DNA of 48,385 nt from a virus. Taxonomy: Duplodnaviria > Caudoviricetes. The notes beneath the pieces are model-generated. The model did no database searches. It was not told the origin of the DNA and saw only the letters and a program-made list of their open reading frames with translations. The stretch is from the IMG/VR virus record IMGVR_UViG_3300030372_004824, positions 1 to 48,385 of that record; one strand, 5' to 3'. This document shows, piece by piece, positions 20,246 through 30,900 of this stretch (position 1 is its first letter; every line of letters begins with the position of its first letter). A program made the position numbers and the translations under genes.

Positions 20246-21895
20246 ATGGAAATAAAAGGTTTTAATTTTGGTTCTAATTATGTAAGTAATAGCGGTGAGT
20301 CTAGACTATTAAAAATTATAGGAGATAATGGCGCTATATTTAGCTTAGAAGTTCAAAGAACTGTAGGCTCTACTATTACGTTTTATAATTTTAATACAAA
20401 AACTTTTACTTCAACAAGAAAAAGATTAAAAAATAAAAAATGCGTTAATGGTGGCTTTGATGTTCAAGTAAATTTTCCTTCTTCTGGTTATACAACTTCA
20501 CAAACTACTTCTGGCCCTGATAAATACGACTTGTTTTTATACGCGCAAAACGAGTTAGATACTTTTCATTTACCTTATATTGATGCTAGATTTCCTGACG
20601 GAACTATAGATTTAAACAATACAATAGGCTCTAGCTCTTCTTTATTGCAAAGAGTTTTATATCAATATCCACCCGCTGTATTAACTTTAACCGCTATAGG
20701 TCCAAATGAACTTGCAGGTTTTACTAGCGTAACAATTGCATCAAAATCATTTAATTTACAAGCTGGCTCATCAACGGGATTTATGGACTTTTCTGTTACA
20801 ATAACTTTAGCTTCTGCAAAAACAGGCGTTATAACAAAACAACCGGGCGAAGGAGATATAGTAGCTTTTGCTAGTTTAGGTTTAACAGAACCTTATTTTG
20901 CCATACCAGGGGTAAACACAGCTACAAGTACAGCGGCAGTAACTATAACTGATTTACCTAGAAGTAATGAAAATACTTTTCGTTTTACAGAAGGTCCAAC
21001 AATTGCTGTTGGTAATACTATAACTGGTGTTGGATTTGATGGCATAAACGATTTAGATGGACCAGTTATTGTTACAGGTATTTCAGGAACAAACGTAACT
21101 TTAAATAAAAATATTACAATTCCAGCGGCAGGTAGTAACGCTACAGCTGCGGTTAAAGCTATTACTTATCATAGATTTCAAGTAAACGATAGTGTTACTA
21201 ATTTAAGCGCTTTAACTTCTGGCATGAAAGCTTATGGAGGTACTATTGGCGAAGATACTTTTGTAAAAGGTTATTACAACACTACAACGTTGCAAAGAGA
21301 AATTACTAATCCAGATGGTAGTGTTTATGAAGAAGATTATACCGTAGTCAATCATGATATACCAGCTTTTGATACTTTAGGTTTAAAGCCTACTATGTTA
21401 AACGGTTTAATAGATAAACAAGGTGGGGTTATTACTTTTAACTCTGCACAATCTGCTACTGCTAGAAATACTTCTCATAAAATATATGCTTATGGTAGAG
21501 ACAGTATTAAAAAAATATCAGGTATAGATTTAGAAATTAAAGATTTAAAAATAGAATTAAGCGATGTAGTAACTACGGTTAATGATTCTGACGCTAATGG
21601 TACTGATGCTTTAACTTCTTTCGATGTATCTAGTGTTGTAGGTATACGTGACGACGTTAGTACTGTTCATGGTGTTAACTTAAATTCTGGCGTAGCAACA
21701 CCTATTGTTACGAATATATCTAGTAGTACTATTACTTTAACACCAGGTAGTCATATATTACAAAACGGCCAAACTTTAACTTTTAAAGATGCTGGTAGAG
21801 TTTTTACAGTTAGTGGCAAAATAAAAGTAAACGAAATGTCAATTAGATCTACTAATTTATATTTTGATTACGAAAGATTCATAACAGCATCATAA
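20246..21895 (+). CDS. Hypothetical beta-rich tail-associated structural protein
   Basis: 549 aa rich in Thr/Ser/Gly, closely coupled to the muzzle gene. Confidence 0.6.
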   Translation: MEIKGFNFGSNYVSNSGESRLLKIIGDNGAIFSLEVQRTVGSTITFYNFNTKTFTSTRKRLKNKKCVNGGFDVQVNFPSSGYTTSQTTSGPDKYDLFLYAQNELDTFHLPYIDARFPDGTIDLNNTIGSSSSLLQRVLYQYPPAVLTLTAIGPNELAGFTSVTIASKSFNLQAGSSTGFMDFSVTITLASAKTGVITKQPGEGDIVAFASLGLTEPYFAIPGVNTATSTAAVTITDLPRSNENTFRFTEGPTIAVGNTITGVGFDGINDLDGPVIVTGISGTNVTLNKNITIPAAGSNATAAVKAITYHRFQVNDSVTNLSALTSGMKAYGGTIGEDTFVKGYYNTTTLQREITNPDGSVYEEDYTVVNHDIPAFDTLGLKPTMLNGLIDKQGGVITFNSAQSATARNTSHKIYAYGRDSIKKISGIDLEIKDLKIELSDVVTTVNDSDANGTDALTSFDVSSVVGIRDDVSTVHGVNLNSGVATPIVTNISSSTITLTPGSHILQNGQTLTFKDAGRVFTVSGKIKVNEMSIRSTNLYFDYERFITAS

Positions 21896-21944
21896 AGTAA
21901 AATAACACTAAAAAGTGTAACTATTATTGTATAAATTAAATTAA

Positions 21945-22364
21945 ATGAATAATAAAATAATTTTTCGTAGTTTTAACAACTCGGATTACAATACAGTTTC
22001 AAAATGGTGGGACTGGTGGTGGGGTAAAAAAGGTGCTATAGAAAGAGAATATCTACCACATAATAATTATTGCTATATAATTGGCAAAAAAAAAGAAATG
22101 GTAGCCGCTGGGTTTTTGTTTGTTGATAAAACTGCACCAGTTGGCTATTTAACTTATGTAGTTTCAAACCCTAACTACAGACAAAAAGATAGAAGAAGTA
22201 TTATAGAACAATTAATACTTAACATAGAAAGACAAGCAAAACAAGAAGGTATAAAGTTTATATTTACTGTTTGCGGAAATATACACATGGAAAATATTCA
22301 CAATAAATTAAGCTGGACAATAGATAAAACTGCACCAGCTTACGAAACTTTTAAATACATATAA
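21945..22364 (+). CDS. GNAT-fold acetyltransferase-like protein at the head of the ejection-protein cluster
   Basis: IFRSF..SDY, MVAAGFLF, YLTYVVSNPNYR, and AKQEGIKFIF strand/helix pattern of GNAT proteins. Confidence 0.6.
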   Translation: MNNKIIFRSFNNSDYNTVSKWWDWWWGKKGAIEREYLPHNNYCYIIGKKKEMVAAGFLFVDKTAPVGYLTYVVSNPNYRQKDRRSIIEQLILNIERQAKQEGIKFIFTVCGNIHMENIHNKLSWTIDKTAPAYETFKYI

Positions 22365-22366
22365 AT

Positions 22367-23077
22367 ATGGGAGGAAGAGCAAGAAGACGTATTGCTAGAG
22401 AATCAATGGAATTTGCAAAACAGCAAGTTGCTGCTTATAAGCAAGAACAAGCTATTCAAAGAAACATTTTAGAAAAACAAAAAGAAGAGTATAAACAATT
22501 TGAGTTTGTTAATCCGTATAGAGATTTACAAAACTACTATGAAGACATGGAAAATGTTTTTGAAGACTTAACTGTAGATACTCAAGCTGCAGACTTTCAA
22601 ATGGAAAGAGGCGAGCAACAAAGAGCTAATATATTACAAGCTCTTAGAGGCGCTGCTGGCGGTAGTGGTATAGCTAATCTAGCACAATCTTTAGCTAATC
22701 AAGGTGTAATACAAGCTGCACAAGTATCTGCTAATATAGCTCAACAAGAAAGACAAAATCAAGTACTAGCGGCAAGAGCTGCTAGTCAAATACAAACCGC
22801 TGAAAGACGTGGTATGGCCGCTGCTGATATGGCTCAAAGAGGTGGTGAAGCAATGGTTCAACAAGCAGAAATGTCAAGAGTAAACACTTTACTTGGTTTA
22901 GAGTTTAGTGGTATGGCCGGTGCTAACGCTGGTTTACAAGCTGCTTATGCAAATCAAATGGGTGCTTTTGGATTAGACGCTCAAATGTTAGGCGCTCAAA
23001 TGGGTATGTATGGTCAAATAATCGGCGGTCTTGCTCAAGGCGGTGGTAAAGTTGGTGCCGCGATGGTTGGAGCATAA
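22367..23077 (+). CDS. Small ejection (internal virion) protein
   Basis: Gln/Ala/Gly/Met-rich helical protein with a Gly-rich hydrophobic C-terminus; position analogous to T7 gp14 / P22 gp7. Confidence 0.6.
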   Translation: MGGRARRRIARESMEFAKQQVAAYKQEQAIQRNILEKQKEEYKQFEFVNPYRDLQNYYEDMENVFEDLTVDTQAADFQMERGEQQRANILQALRGAAGGSGIANLAQSLANQGVIQAAQVSANIAQQERQNQVLAARAASQIQTAERRGMAAADMAQRGGEAMVQQAEMSRVNTLLGLEFSGMAGANAGLQAAYANQMGAFGLDAQMLGAQMGMYGQIIGGLAQGGGKVGAAMVGA

Positions 23078-23093
23078 TAATAAAATAATAAAT

Positions 23094-24956
23094 ATGGCAA
23101 AAAAACAAGGATTACCATCTATAATAGGAGGAACAGATGCTACGTTAGTAAACGCTGCTTATAAAGCTGCTATGGCTAACGTGCCTAGAAGTTTACAACC
23201 TGTGTATGATCAAATAGGAAGATCTTTTGAAAAAGGTATGAGTGCTTTAGGTAAAGGATTAGGAGATTTAGCATCAGCAGCTGGTGATATAGGTGCGGCT
23301 TTAATAGAAAAACAAAAAGAAGAAAACGAAGACACAGGTGTAACAAGAAGTTATGAAAACGATACGGACTTTACGAGTACTGACGATCCTACAACTGATC
23401 CCGATAAAACAACAACATCTACATTTGAATCTACTCAACAGCATACAGATAGCTCTGGAAACACAGTTGATTTTGAAATAAACAGTTTAGATGATGAATT
23501 AGCAAAAATAAATAAAGAACTTAGATCTTTAGCCCCTATTATTGGTAGTAGTGAATTAAAAGGTGATGAAAGAAAAAAAGCAAGAAGAGCTTTAAAAGAA
23601 AGAAGAGATAATATATTTGAGTCAGCAAAATCTTATGAAGTTGCTTCTAAGTTAATAGGTGAATATTTAAAACCAGAAAATTTTGTTATAAATCCTGAAA
23701 GAATTGATGACGCTAATTTTTTAAGAGCTTTAAAAAATAATGGTAGTCCTTTAGGTGATGGTTCTAGAGCTTTAAAGGGTTATGATAAGAAAGGTAATAT
23801 TATATTTTCTTATGTAGATAAAAATGGTAAACCTATACAAGATTCTTTTGGTAACAACCTTACTGTTGATCAAAATAGTGTTAAACGTTTAATAGTACCT
23901 GCTAACGGTGTGGTTAGTGTTGATTTTGCTAATAGTGAAAAATCTGCTCTTGACAATGGTTTAAAAGGTATAACGCTAACCGATCCTGACAAAAAAGTTA
24001 TTGCTCAATCAGCTACAGGAAAAATAAAGACATCTGCTGATTTTGAGTGGGCTGCTAGTATAAAGTATGGTGATAAATCTTTATTTGAAGATTTAAACTC
24101 TGCAGATTTAAGTAAAACTTCTTTTAGGTTATTTAGCTCGTTAAGCGTAGCTGAATTTGATGCAGGTAAAAAAGACGGTGTAGTAGATGTTAGTGATTTT
24201 GCTAATAACCCAGATAATTATAAAAAATTAAAATCTGCTTTGTTAAATCCAAGAGATCCTAATTTTAACTTAGGAGTTTCAAAAGCTTTTTTAAGCGATT
24301 TTGTAAAAGATCAATCTACTGCAATAAACGCTCGAGGTTTACAAAAGTATGTACCATCAGGAAATGATAGCGATGGCACTGCGACAGAAAGAGAAAACGC
24401 TCGTAAAGTACAATCTTTTGTTGCAACTGCTGATGATGTACAAGCTGGAGAAGAAGCGCCTCCTATAAATTTAGGTGGTGGTAATTTCCTAAGTATTAAA
24501 AAAGATCCTAATGTAGATCAAAACGATCCAAAAGGCGGTTTAATACTTGAACTAACTAGCACAGATGAAGATACAGAAGAAAGAACAGTTCGACAAGTTA
24601 ATTACCAAAGCGCAATAGACATGCTAACAAATAATAGTGGCTTTAGAGCTAAAGATGTATTTAAAGATCAAACTTGGTATGTTGCTGGAGCAACTAAGTT
24701 TAACTCTGCAAACGCGTTAGGTACTTTAAGTGAATCAGAAAGAAAAGATGATGATGCTGTTATTCCTATACTTAGAAATAGCCTTAGAAGAAAATATCCA
24801 GATAAGTTTAAAGTAAGTGAGCCTAGAGCTTTATTTGCACAAGAAATAAAAATAGAAGTCAGAGACACAGAACCGCCTAAGTCAATTACTTTAAATGTTA
24901 ACGATGCTGACTTTAATAAAAACTTAGATAACTTTATCAACGAAAACGCTGAATAA
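23094..24956 (+). CDS. Middle ejection protein (start revised to ATG 23094)
   Basis: ATG 23094 has an AAATAATAAAT leader and avoids overlap with the previous gene; N-terminal Gly/Ala amphipathic segment. Confidence 0.55.
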   Translation: MAKKQGLPSIIGGTDATLVNAAYKAAMANVPRSLQPVYDQIGRSFEKGMSALGKGLGDLASAAGDIGAALIEKQKEENEDTGVTRSYENDTDFTSTDDPTTDPDKTTTSTFESTQQHTDSSGNTVDFEINSLDDELAKINKELRSLAPIIGSSELKGDERKKARRALKERRDNIFESAKSYEVASKLIGEYLKPENFVINPERIDDANFLRALKNNGSPLGDGSRALKGYDKKGNIIFSYVDKNGKPIQDSFGNNLTVDQNSVKRLIVPANGVVSVDFANSEKSALDNGLKGITLTDPDKKVIAQSATGKIKTSADFEWAASIKYGDKSLFEDLNSADLSKTSFRLFSSLSVAEFDAGKKDGVVDVSDFANNPDNYKKLKSALLNPRDPNFNLGVSKAFLSDFVKDQSTAINARGLQKYVPSGNDSDGTATERENARKVQSFVATADDVQAGEEAPPINLGGGNFLSIKKDPNVDQNDPKGGLILELTSTDEDTEERTVRQVNYQSAIDMLTNNSGFRAKDVFKDQTWYVAGATKFNSANALGTLSESERKDDDAVIPILRNSLRRKYPDKFKVSEPRALFAQEIKIEVRDTEPPKSITLNVNDADFNKNLDNFINENAE

Positions 24957-27900
24957 ATGTTTACATTAGGAGATAATCAATATACTTTAGAACAGCTTAA
25001 AGGTTTTGCTTCTAAAAGAGGCGAAGACTTTGACTCTTACTTTACATCATTGCAGCAAATAGGCTTGCAAGGTGAGGGTTATACTCCTAAAATAGAAGGT
25101 AGTAAAACAGCTGAATTACCTCAAATAACACCTGCTGACGTTGATTTAACCGAAGAACAGTTTGTAACAAAATATAAAGATGTTTTAAGTATGATGGGCT
25201 TTGAAGTTAAACAAGCAAATCGTCGTATACCTATAGGAAGAGGCTTAGGAGTTGGTATTCCAGGTACAGATGCTATAACTATTACTTCGCCGCCTGATGA
25301 AAACAAAAACACTGTTTCAGAAACTTTTGGTGTAGACGTGCTTAACCTTTTTATGGGTGAACAGCATAGGGGTAAAGCTAGTAAAATTAATGATTTTATT
25401 AAACAACATGTTGACAAAAGTAATATTGATTTAAACTTTTTTTCAGCTGGTTATCAAACTGCAAGAGAAAAATACGACTCTGTAGATTTTGAAAATTTAA
25501 GCGCAAAAGAAATTTTTGAAATACAAAACGATATATCTAATGATATTTTTAATAGTGGTGATGCTGTTACTAAAGTTGTTGCTAATATAGCAGTTGGCAT
25601 GCAAGATTTGCAAAAAAATACTATTAACAGCTTAAGTAAAAAATATAATGTAACAGATATAAGTCAAAGCTCTGAAGCTATGAACGATTACACTTTTATA
25701 ATGGGTAAAGAGTTTGATAAAAGACTTGATGAAAGTGAAGATTTAAAAAGATTAGAAGAACTTACTGGAAAAATAGCTCAAAATGTTTTTAAACCTGCTT
25801 TAAAACCACAATTAGCAAAAGAAGAAGAAGACGAAGTTCTTAGCGAAACAACAGTTGGTAGAGCAATAATTAAAGGTTTTAGAAGAAATCCAAAACTAGA
25901 TAAATTATTTAGAGCTATTTACGGAACTGCAGGTGTTAAATTTCCAAAAGCAGCTGCTGATTTTACTAAATTAAATATTGACGAAAGAATAGGAAATATA
26001 AGTGCTGAACTAGAAGAATTAAAACAAAAAGATCCTAACGAAAAAATTAACGTTATAGGTGTTTTTAACCAAAAATCTCCTGAGTTAAATGTAAAAGGTG
26101 GTATATATACTGTTGCTGAAAGAATAGAGCAAATAAACAATATTATGCCTAAGTTAGAAGAACAAGCTAGCCAACAATTTGCTAAAGGAAAAGAATATCA
26201 AGAAAAACTTCAAAAGCTTAATGTAGTAGAGCTTTATGATGAAGATTTAAGTATTGATGTAGACGGCGAAAAGCTATATAGTATGATAGGTGATCAAGGT
26301 GTCCAAATGCTTAGCGTTATGCTTAGTGGTGGTGGTTCTACTATGGTGCAAGAAGCTGGTAATGCTTACGCGGAAATAACATCGCAAAAGGCAGCTATGA
26401 AAATGTTTAAAAATTTAGAGCCAAAAGAAGCTCTAAAAGCTTTTTATAAAGAAGATATTAAAACTCAAGCCGATGCTATATTAGAGTTAGTTAAAAATGG
26501 TGAATCTGACACAGACATAGCTTTTAGTATTGGTGGTACTAATGCTGGTTTAGATATGGCTGGTGCGTATATAGGATTTAGTAGAGCAGTAAAGTTTTTA
26601 CCAAAAAAATTAACAAGACAGTTTATAGACGGAGAGTATATAAAGTTTTTACAAGGTGGTTATAAATCTTTTGGTAAAGATGTAGCTATTTCTATGTTTG
26701 CAGAAACTTTAACAGAAACTTTGCAAGAAGGTGTTAATTTGTTCGGCGTATCAAGAGCTACTGGAGTTAATCCTAAAGTAAAAGAAATTAAAAAAAGAGT
26801 ATTAGAAGCAGGTACTCAAGCTATGCTTGCTACAGGGCCACTAGTTGGTGGTGGTAAAATTGTAACTACAGGTTCAAAGGAGCTTTTAACACAATTTGTA
26901 GCACATACAAATCCTGATCATAAAAGAAATTTTATAAACCAAGCAAGAAAAAAAGTAGATTTAGAATACAAAAACGGCAAAAGATCAAAAGAAGATAGAG
27001 ACGCAATACATGATCAGCTTGATATGATGGACGAGTATACTAACCTAGATCTTCTTGGTGATAATAAAAAATCAAAAGAAGATTATATTAACGCTGCAAC
27101 AGAAGATGTTGTTTTAAGAAGACAACAAGAAAAATTAGAGTCTGAAAAAAAGACTCTTGAAAAGTTTGGCGGTGTTGATCCTATGGGTGGAAGAGGTAGT
27201 GTTGCTATTGATTTAGAGTTAAATAAAATTAAGAAAAAAAGAGAAGCTCTTAGTAAGAAAAAAATGAAAGCCGTACGAACAGGTAATTATTTGCAGAGTC
27301 TTAAAAGCATAAGCTACGCAATAAACAACACACAAGACGGTGTGTTAGGTGATAAGACAATAACTAGTTTTCAAACCGTTGAAGAAGCTTTAGAATATAT
27401 CAATGGTAAAAAATATAATATCACTAAAAGCCAAAAAGATAGACTTGAAAACGGGCAAAGTACTGCTATTACTTTTGGAAATGAAACTATAGCTGTAAAA
27501 GACAATGCTATTGGCTTGATTAATAAAAATGATCCATATTCTACTAATTCAATACATCATGACGGTTTACATTTAATACTAAATGCGTTTAATGATAAAC
27601 AACTAAAAGAAGCAAGAGATTTATTAACTAAAGAGCTTGGTAAATCTACTGATCCGTTACAAATGAAAATGAACGAAGATATAGCTGCTAGATTTTTACA
27701 ATATGTAGCTGATCCAGACTATACAGGTCGTGCTTTAGATGAAGAGTTTTTTACAGCAGTATCTGATGTTTACAAAGCTTATACTTTAGCAAATCTTAAC
27801 ACAGAAAGCGCTGGTGTGTTTGATCTTTTAGCTGAAGGATTTAGAAATATTTTTAGAAAAAACACTGGCATGAACTTAGATTTAGAAAAGCTAGATCCTG

Positions 27901-30900
27901 GTACTATGTTAGAGTTTATAAAACAGTATAATGCTTTTAACGGTAAAACTGGTGTTGCTGCTCCTTCAAGAACAGCACTAGTAGCTTCAGAAGTTGATGA
28001 TAAAAATGCTAAAGAGTCTAAAGAAGCTTCAGATCAAGTACAGCAAATATTTGAACAAAGAGGTGTTGCTGGCGCTATGGATATTATAGATTTATTTAAA
28101 CCTATAACAGCTAGAATAGCAGAAGAACGTAGAAATGCGCCTAATTACGACAAAGAGCTTTTAATGAGTGAAATAGAAATAGGTAAGCGTGGAATATTTG
28201 ATTTAATTAGAGATTACAAAGTTGAGTCTGGTGTGCCATTAGCCGCTTATATTAACACTAATTTAAGAAGAAGAGCCATAGAAGCTTCTAGAAGAGTTTT
28301 AGGTGAAGAGTTTACAGAGGACGTTTCAACAAGAGTTGATATAGCCGAAAGAGAAGTAGATGTAGAAATATCAAGACCACAAAGAAAAAAAATTAGATTA
28401 GCTGAAAGATTAGGTGTTAAAAATAAAGTTGATGAAATTATATCTAAAAAAATATCAGACTTAGATATAAATAATTTAAACTTTAAAAACTTAAAAAACT
28501 TAGTACCTGAAATAGTTGGTGAGCTTTATGGCATATCGCCTAAAAAAATAGAAAATTTAGCTAATATAACTAAAAAAGAGTTACAGTCAGCTCAAATGTT
28601 TATTAATAAAAATGCTGATTTATTAATAGCTATGCTACCAGAAGGCGCTACATCAGGCGGTACAGCAACTGGCGTGCCTAAAACTTTATTAAACGAATTT
28701 TATACTAAAACTAGTAGAGCTAAAATGGCTGAAACTGGCACTAAAGCTGGTTTAGCAATACAAGTTAAAAATAAAAACATAGATAAAACTAAGTTTTTAG
28801 AAGTGTTTGGCATTGTTGACGGTAAACCTGTACGTACAGATAGAAACACATCAGCTCGAGTTTTAGCATTAGCTAATCAAACAGGCAAAATGCTTACAAA
28901 CCAAGCTGTAAGACAACAGTTGTTAGACGATGGCCAAGTGGCTAGCGCTTTGTTTAAAATAGAAGACGGTAAATCTCCTGCTATGGAATCAAAGGCTGCC
29001 GCTAATTTAACGCCTGAAAAGCTTATGGAGTTTATGTCTAGAGTGCCTAGTGTTGGTAATATACTGTCACCATTAATGCCATTATATAGAAAAAAATATT
29101 TGACTGAAGCTATGGACATTGTATATAGCGGTGTTTTAAGTACTGACGAAATAGTAGATTTAACAAACGATATACATAAGATAATAAAGCAATATGTAAA
29201 AGAGCCAGTTGATAATGTTAGAATAACTAAAAAACCTGAAGATTTTAGTAAGTATTTAATTGACGAATTATTAAATTTTGACTTAAGCATATTAGAAATA
29301 ACAGATGTTAAAGAAACTAAAAATGAGCTTTTTTTAGATTTAGATTTAATTAAAGAACAAAGAGCCGGTGCTGTAATTGCTGTTAAAAAATTAATTGATA
29401 AACATGGTATCGAGCAAGCTCTTAGATATGCTTTAGCTTTTATGAAACCTATGTACGCTGGCGCTTCTAAAATAGCTGACGGTAGATATGACGTAAACAG
29501 TGAAGGTGATGTGTTTTATATAGGCGACGAAGCTTTTGAGCAATTAGAAATATACAAAAGACAAGAAAAAGCAAAGCCAGAAGGAGCGTTGTCACAAGTT
29601 TTAATGAACAGAGCTCAAGTATTTAAAAATGTACCTGACTTTGTGAACGTTTTAAATAAAGGTGTACCTGGTTTAAATATAGTTTATACAGGCGCAAACT
29701 TAAGCACGGCAATTTTTAATTATAATGGTAAACCTATAAACGTAAACACTAGCATTATAGATCAAACTAGTCAAAACTTTATAAATAAAATAAAAAACGA
29801 AGGAGAAGCTGCTGTTAAAAAACAAAGTTTAAAAGAAGCTAAAGAAGCTAGAGAGTTAATTAATGATCTTATAACTATATTTAATGAAGAAAATAGCTTG
29901 TCTAATAAAAATTTAGCTATGATGCTTTTTAGCTTAAACTCTAACATGCAAACTCCTATGCGTAGAGCGGCTAACTTATTTTATGTTTCAGAAAACTATA
30001 ACACATTTAAAAATCCAGGCAGCCAATTAGAGTATGAACACATGATACCTGCTAACTGGATGATGATTAAAACTTTGCAGGCTAATCTAGCAGAAGGCGG
30101 TATAAAAAACTTAGATAATTTTTATAAAAACTATAACGTAGCTATTATACCTAAAGAAATGAATACTATTATCAACTCTCAAGAAGTTGGTTATAAATCT
30201 ACTATGCCTAGCGATTATAAGTTAACAGATCCTGCTTGGAAAAGATATTATAACAATAGAACTTTAGCAAAAAAAGGTATGGTGGCTATTAGAGAGTTAG
30301 GTACTGATAAGCTTGTAGGTTCAAATTTTACAAAAGTTAATTTTATAAAAGATCCTAAAAATGCTCAAACTTTTGAAAAAGCAATACAAAAAAGTAGAGA
30401 AGTAGGTGTTGAAAGCAAAGGTATAAGTATTTTAGATTTTGATGACACTCTAGCTGTTAGCCAATCGTTAGTTAAGTTTACTAGACCAGATGGTACAACA
30501 GGAACTTTAACACCTGCGCAATATGCTAGTACTTATGAAAATTTATTAGGTCAAGGTTATGTGTTTGATTTTTCTGAGTTTAACAAAGTTATAAAAGGTA
30601 GAACAGCGCCGTTGTTTCAAAAAGCTTTAAAACTTGCTAATAAGTTTGGTACAAAAAACATGTTTGTTTTAACTGCTAGGCCACCTGAGTCTGCTACTGC
30701 AATATTTGAATTTTTAAAAGCAAACGGCTTAAATATACCTTTAAAAAATATAACTGGTCTTGCAAACTCTACAGCTGAAGCAAAAGCGTTATGGGTTGCA
30801 GATAAAGTTGCAGATGGTTATAATGATTTTTATTTTGCTGACGATGCTTTGCAGAACGTGCAAGCGGTTAAAAACATATTAGATCAATTTGATGTTAAAT

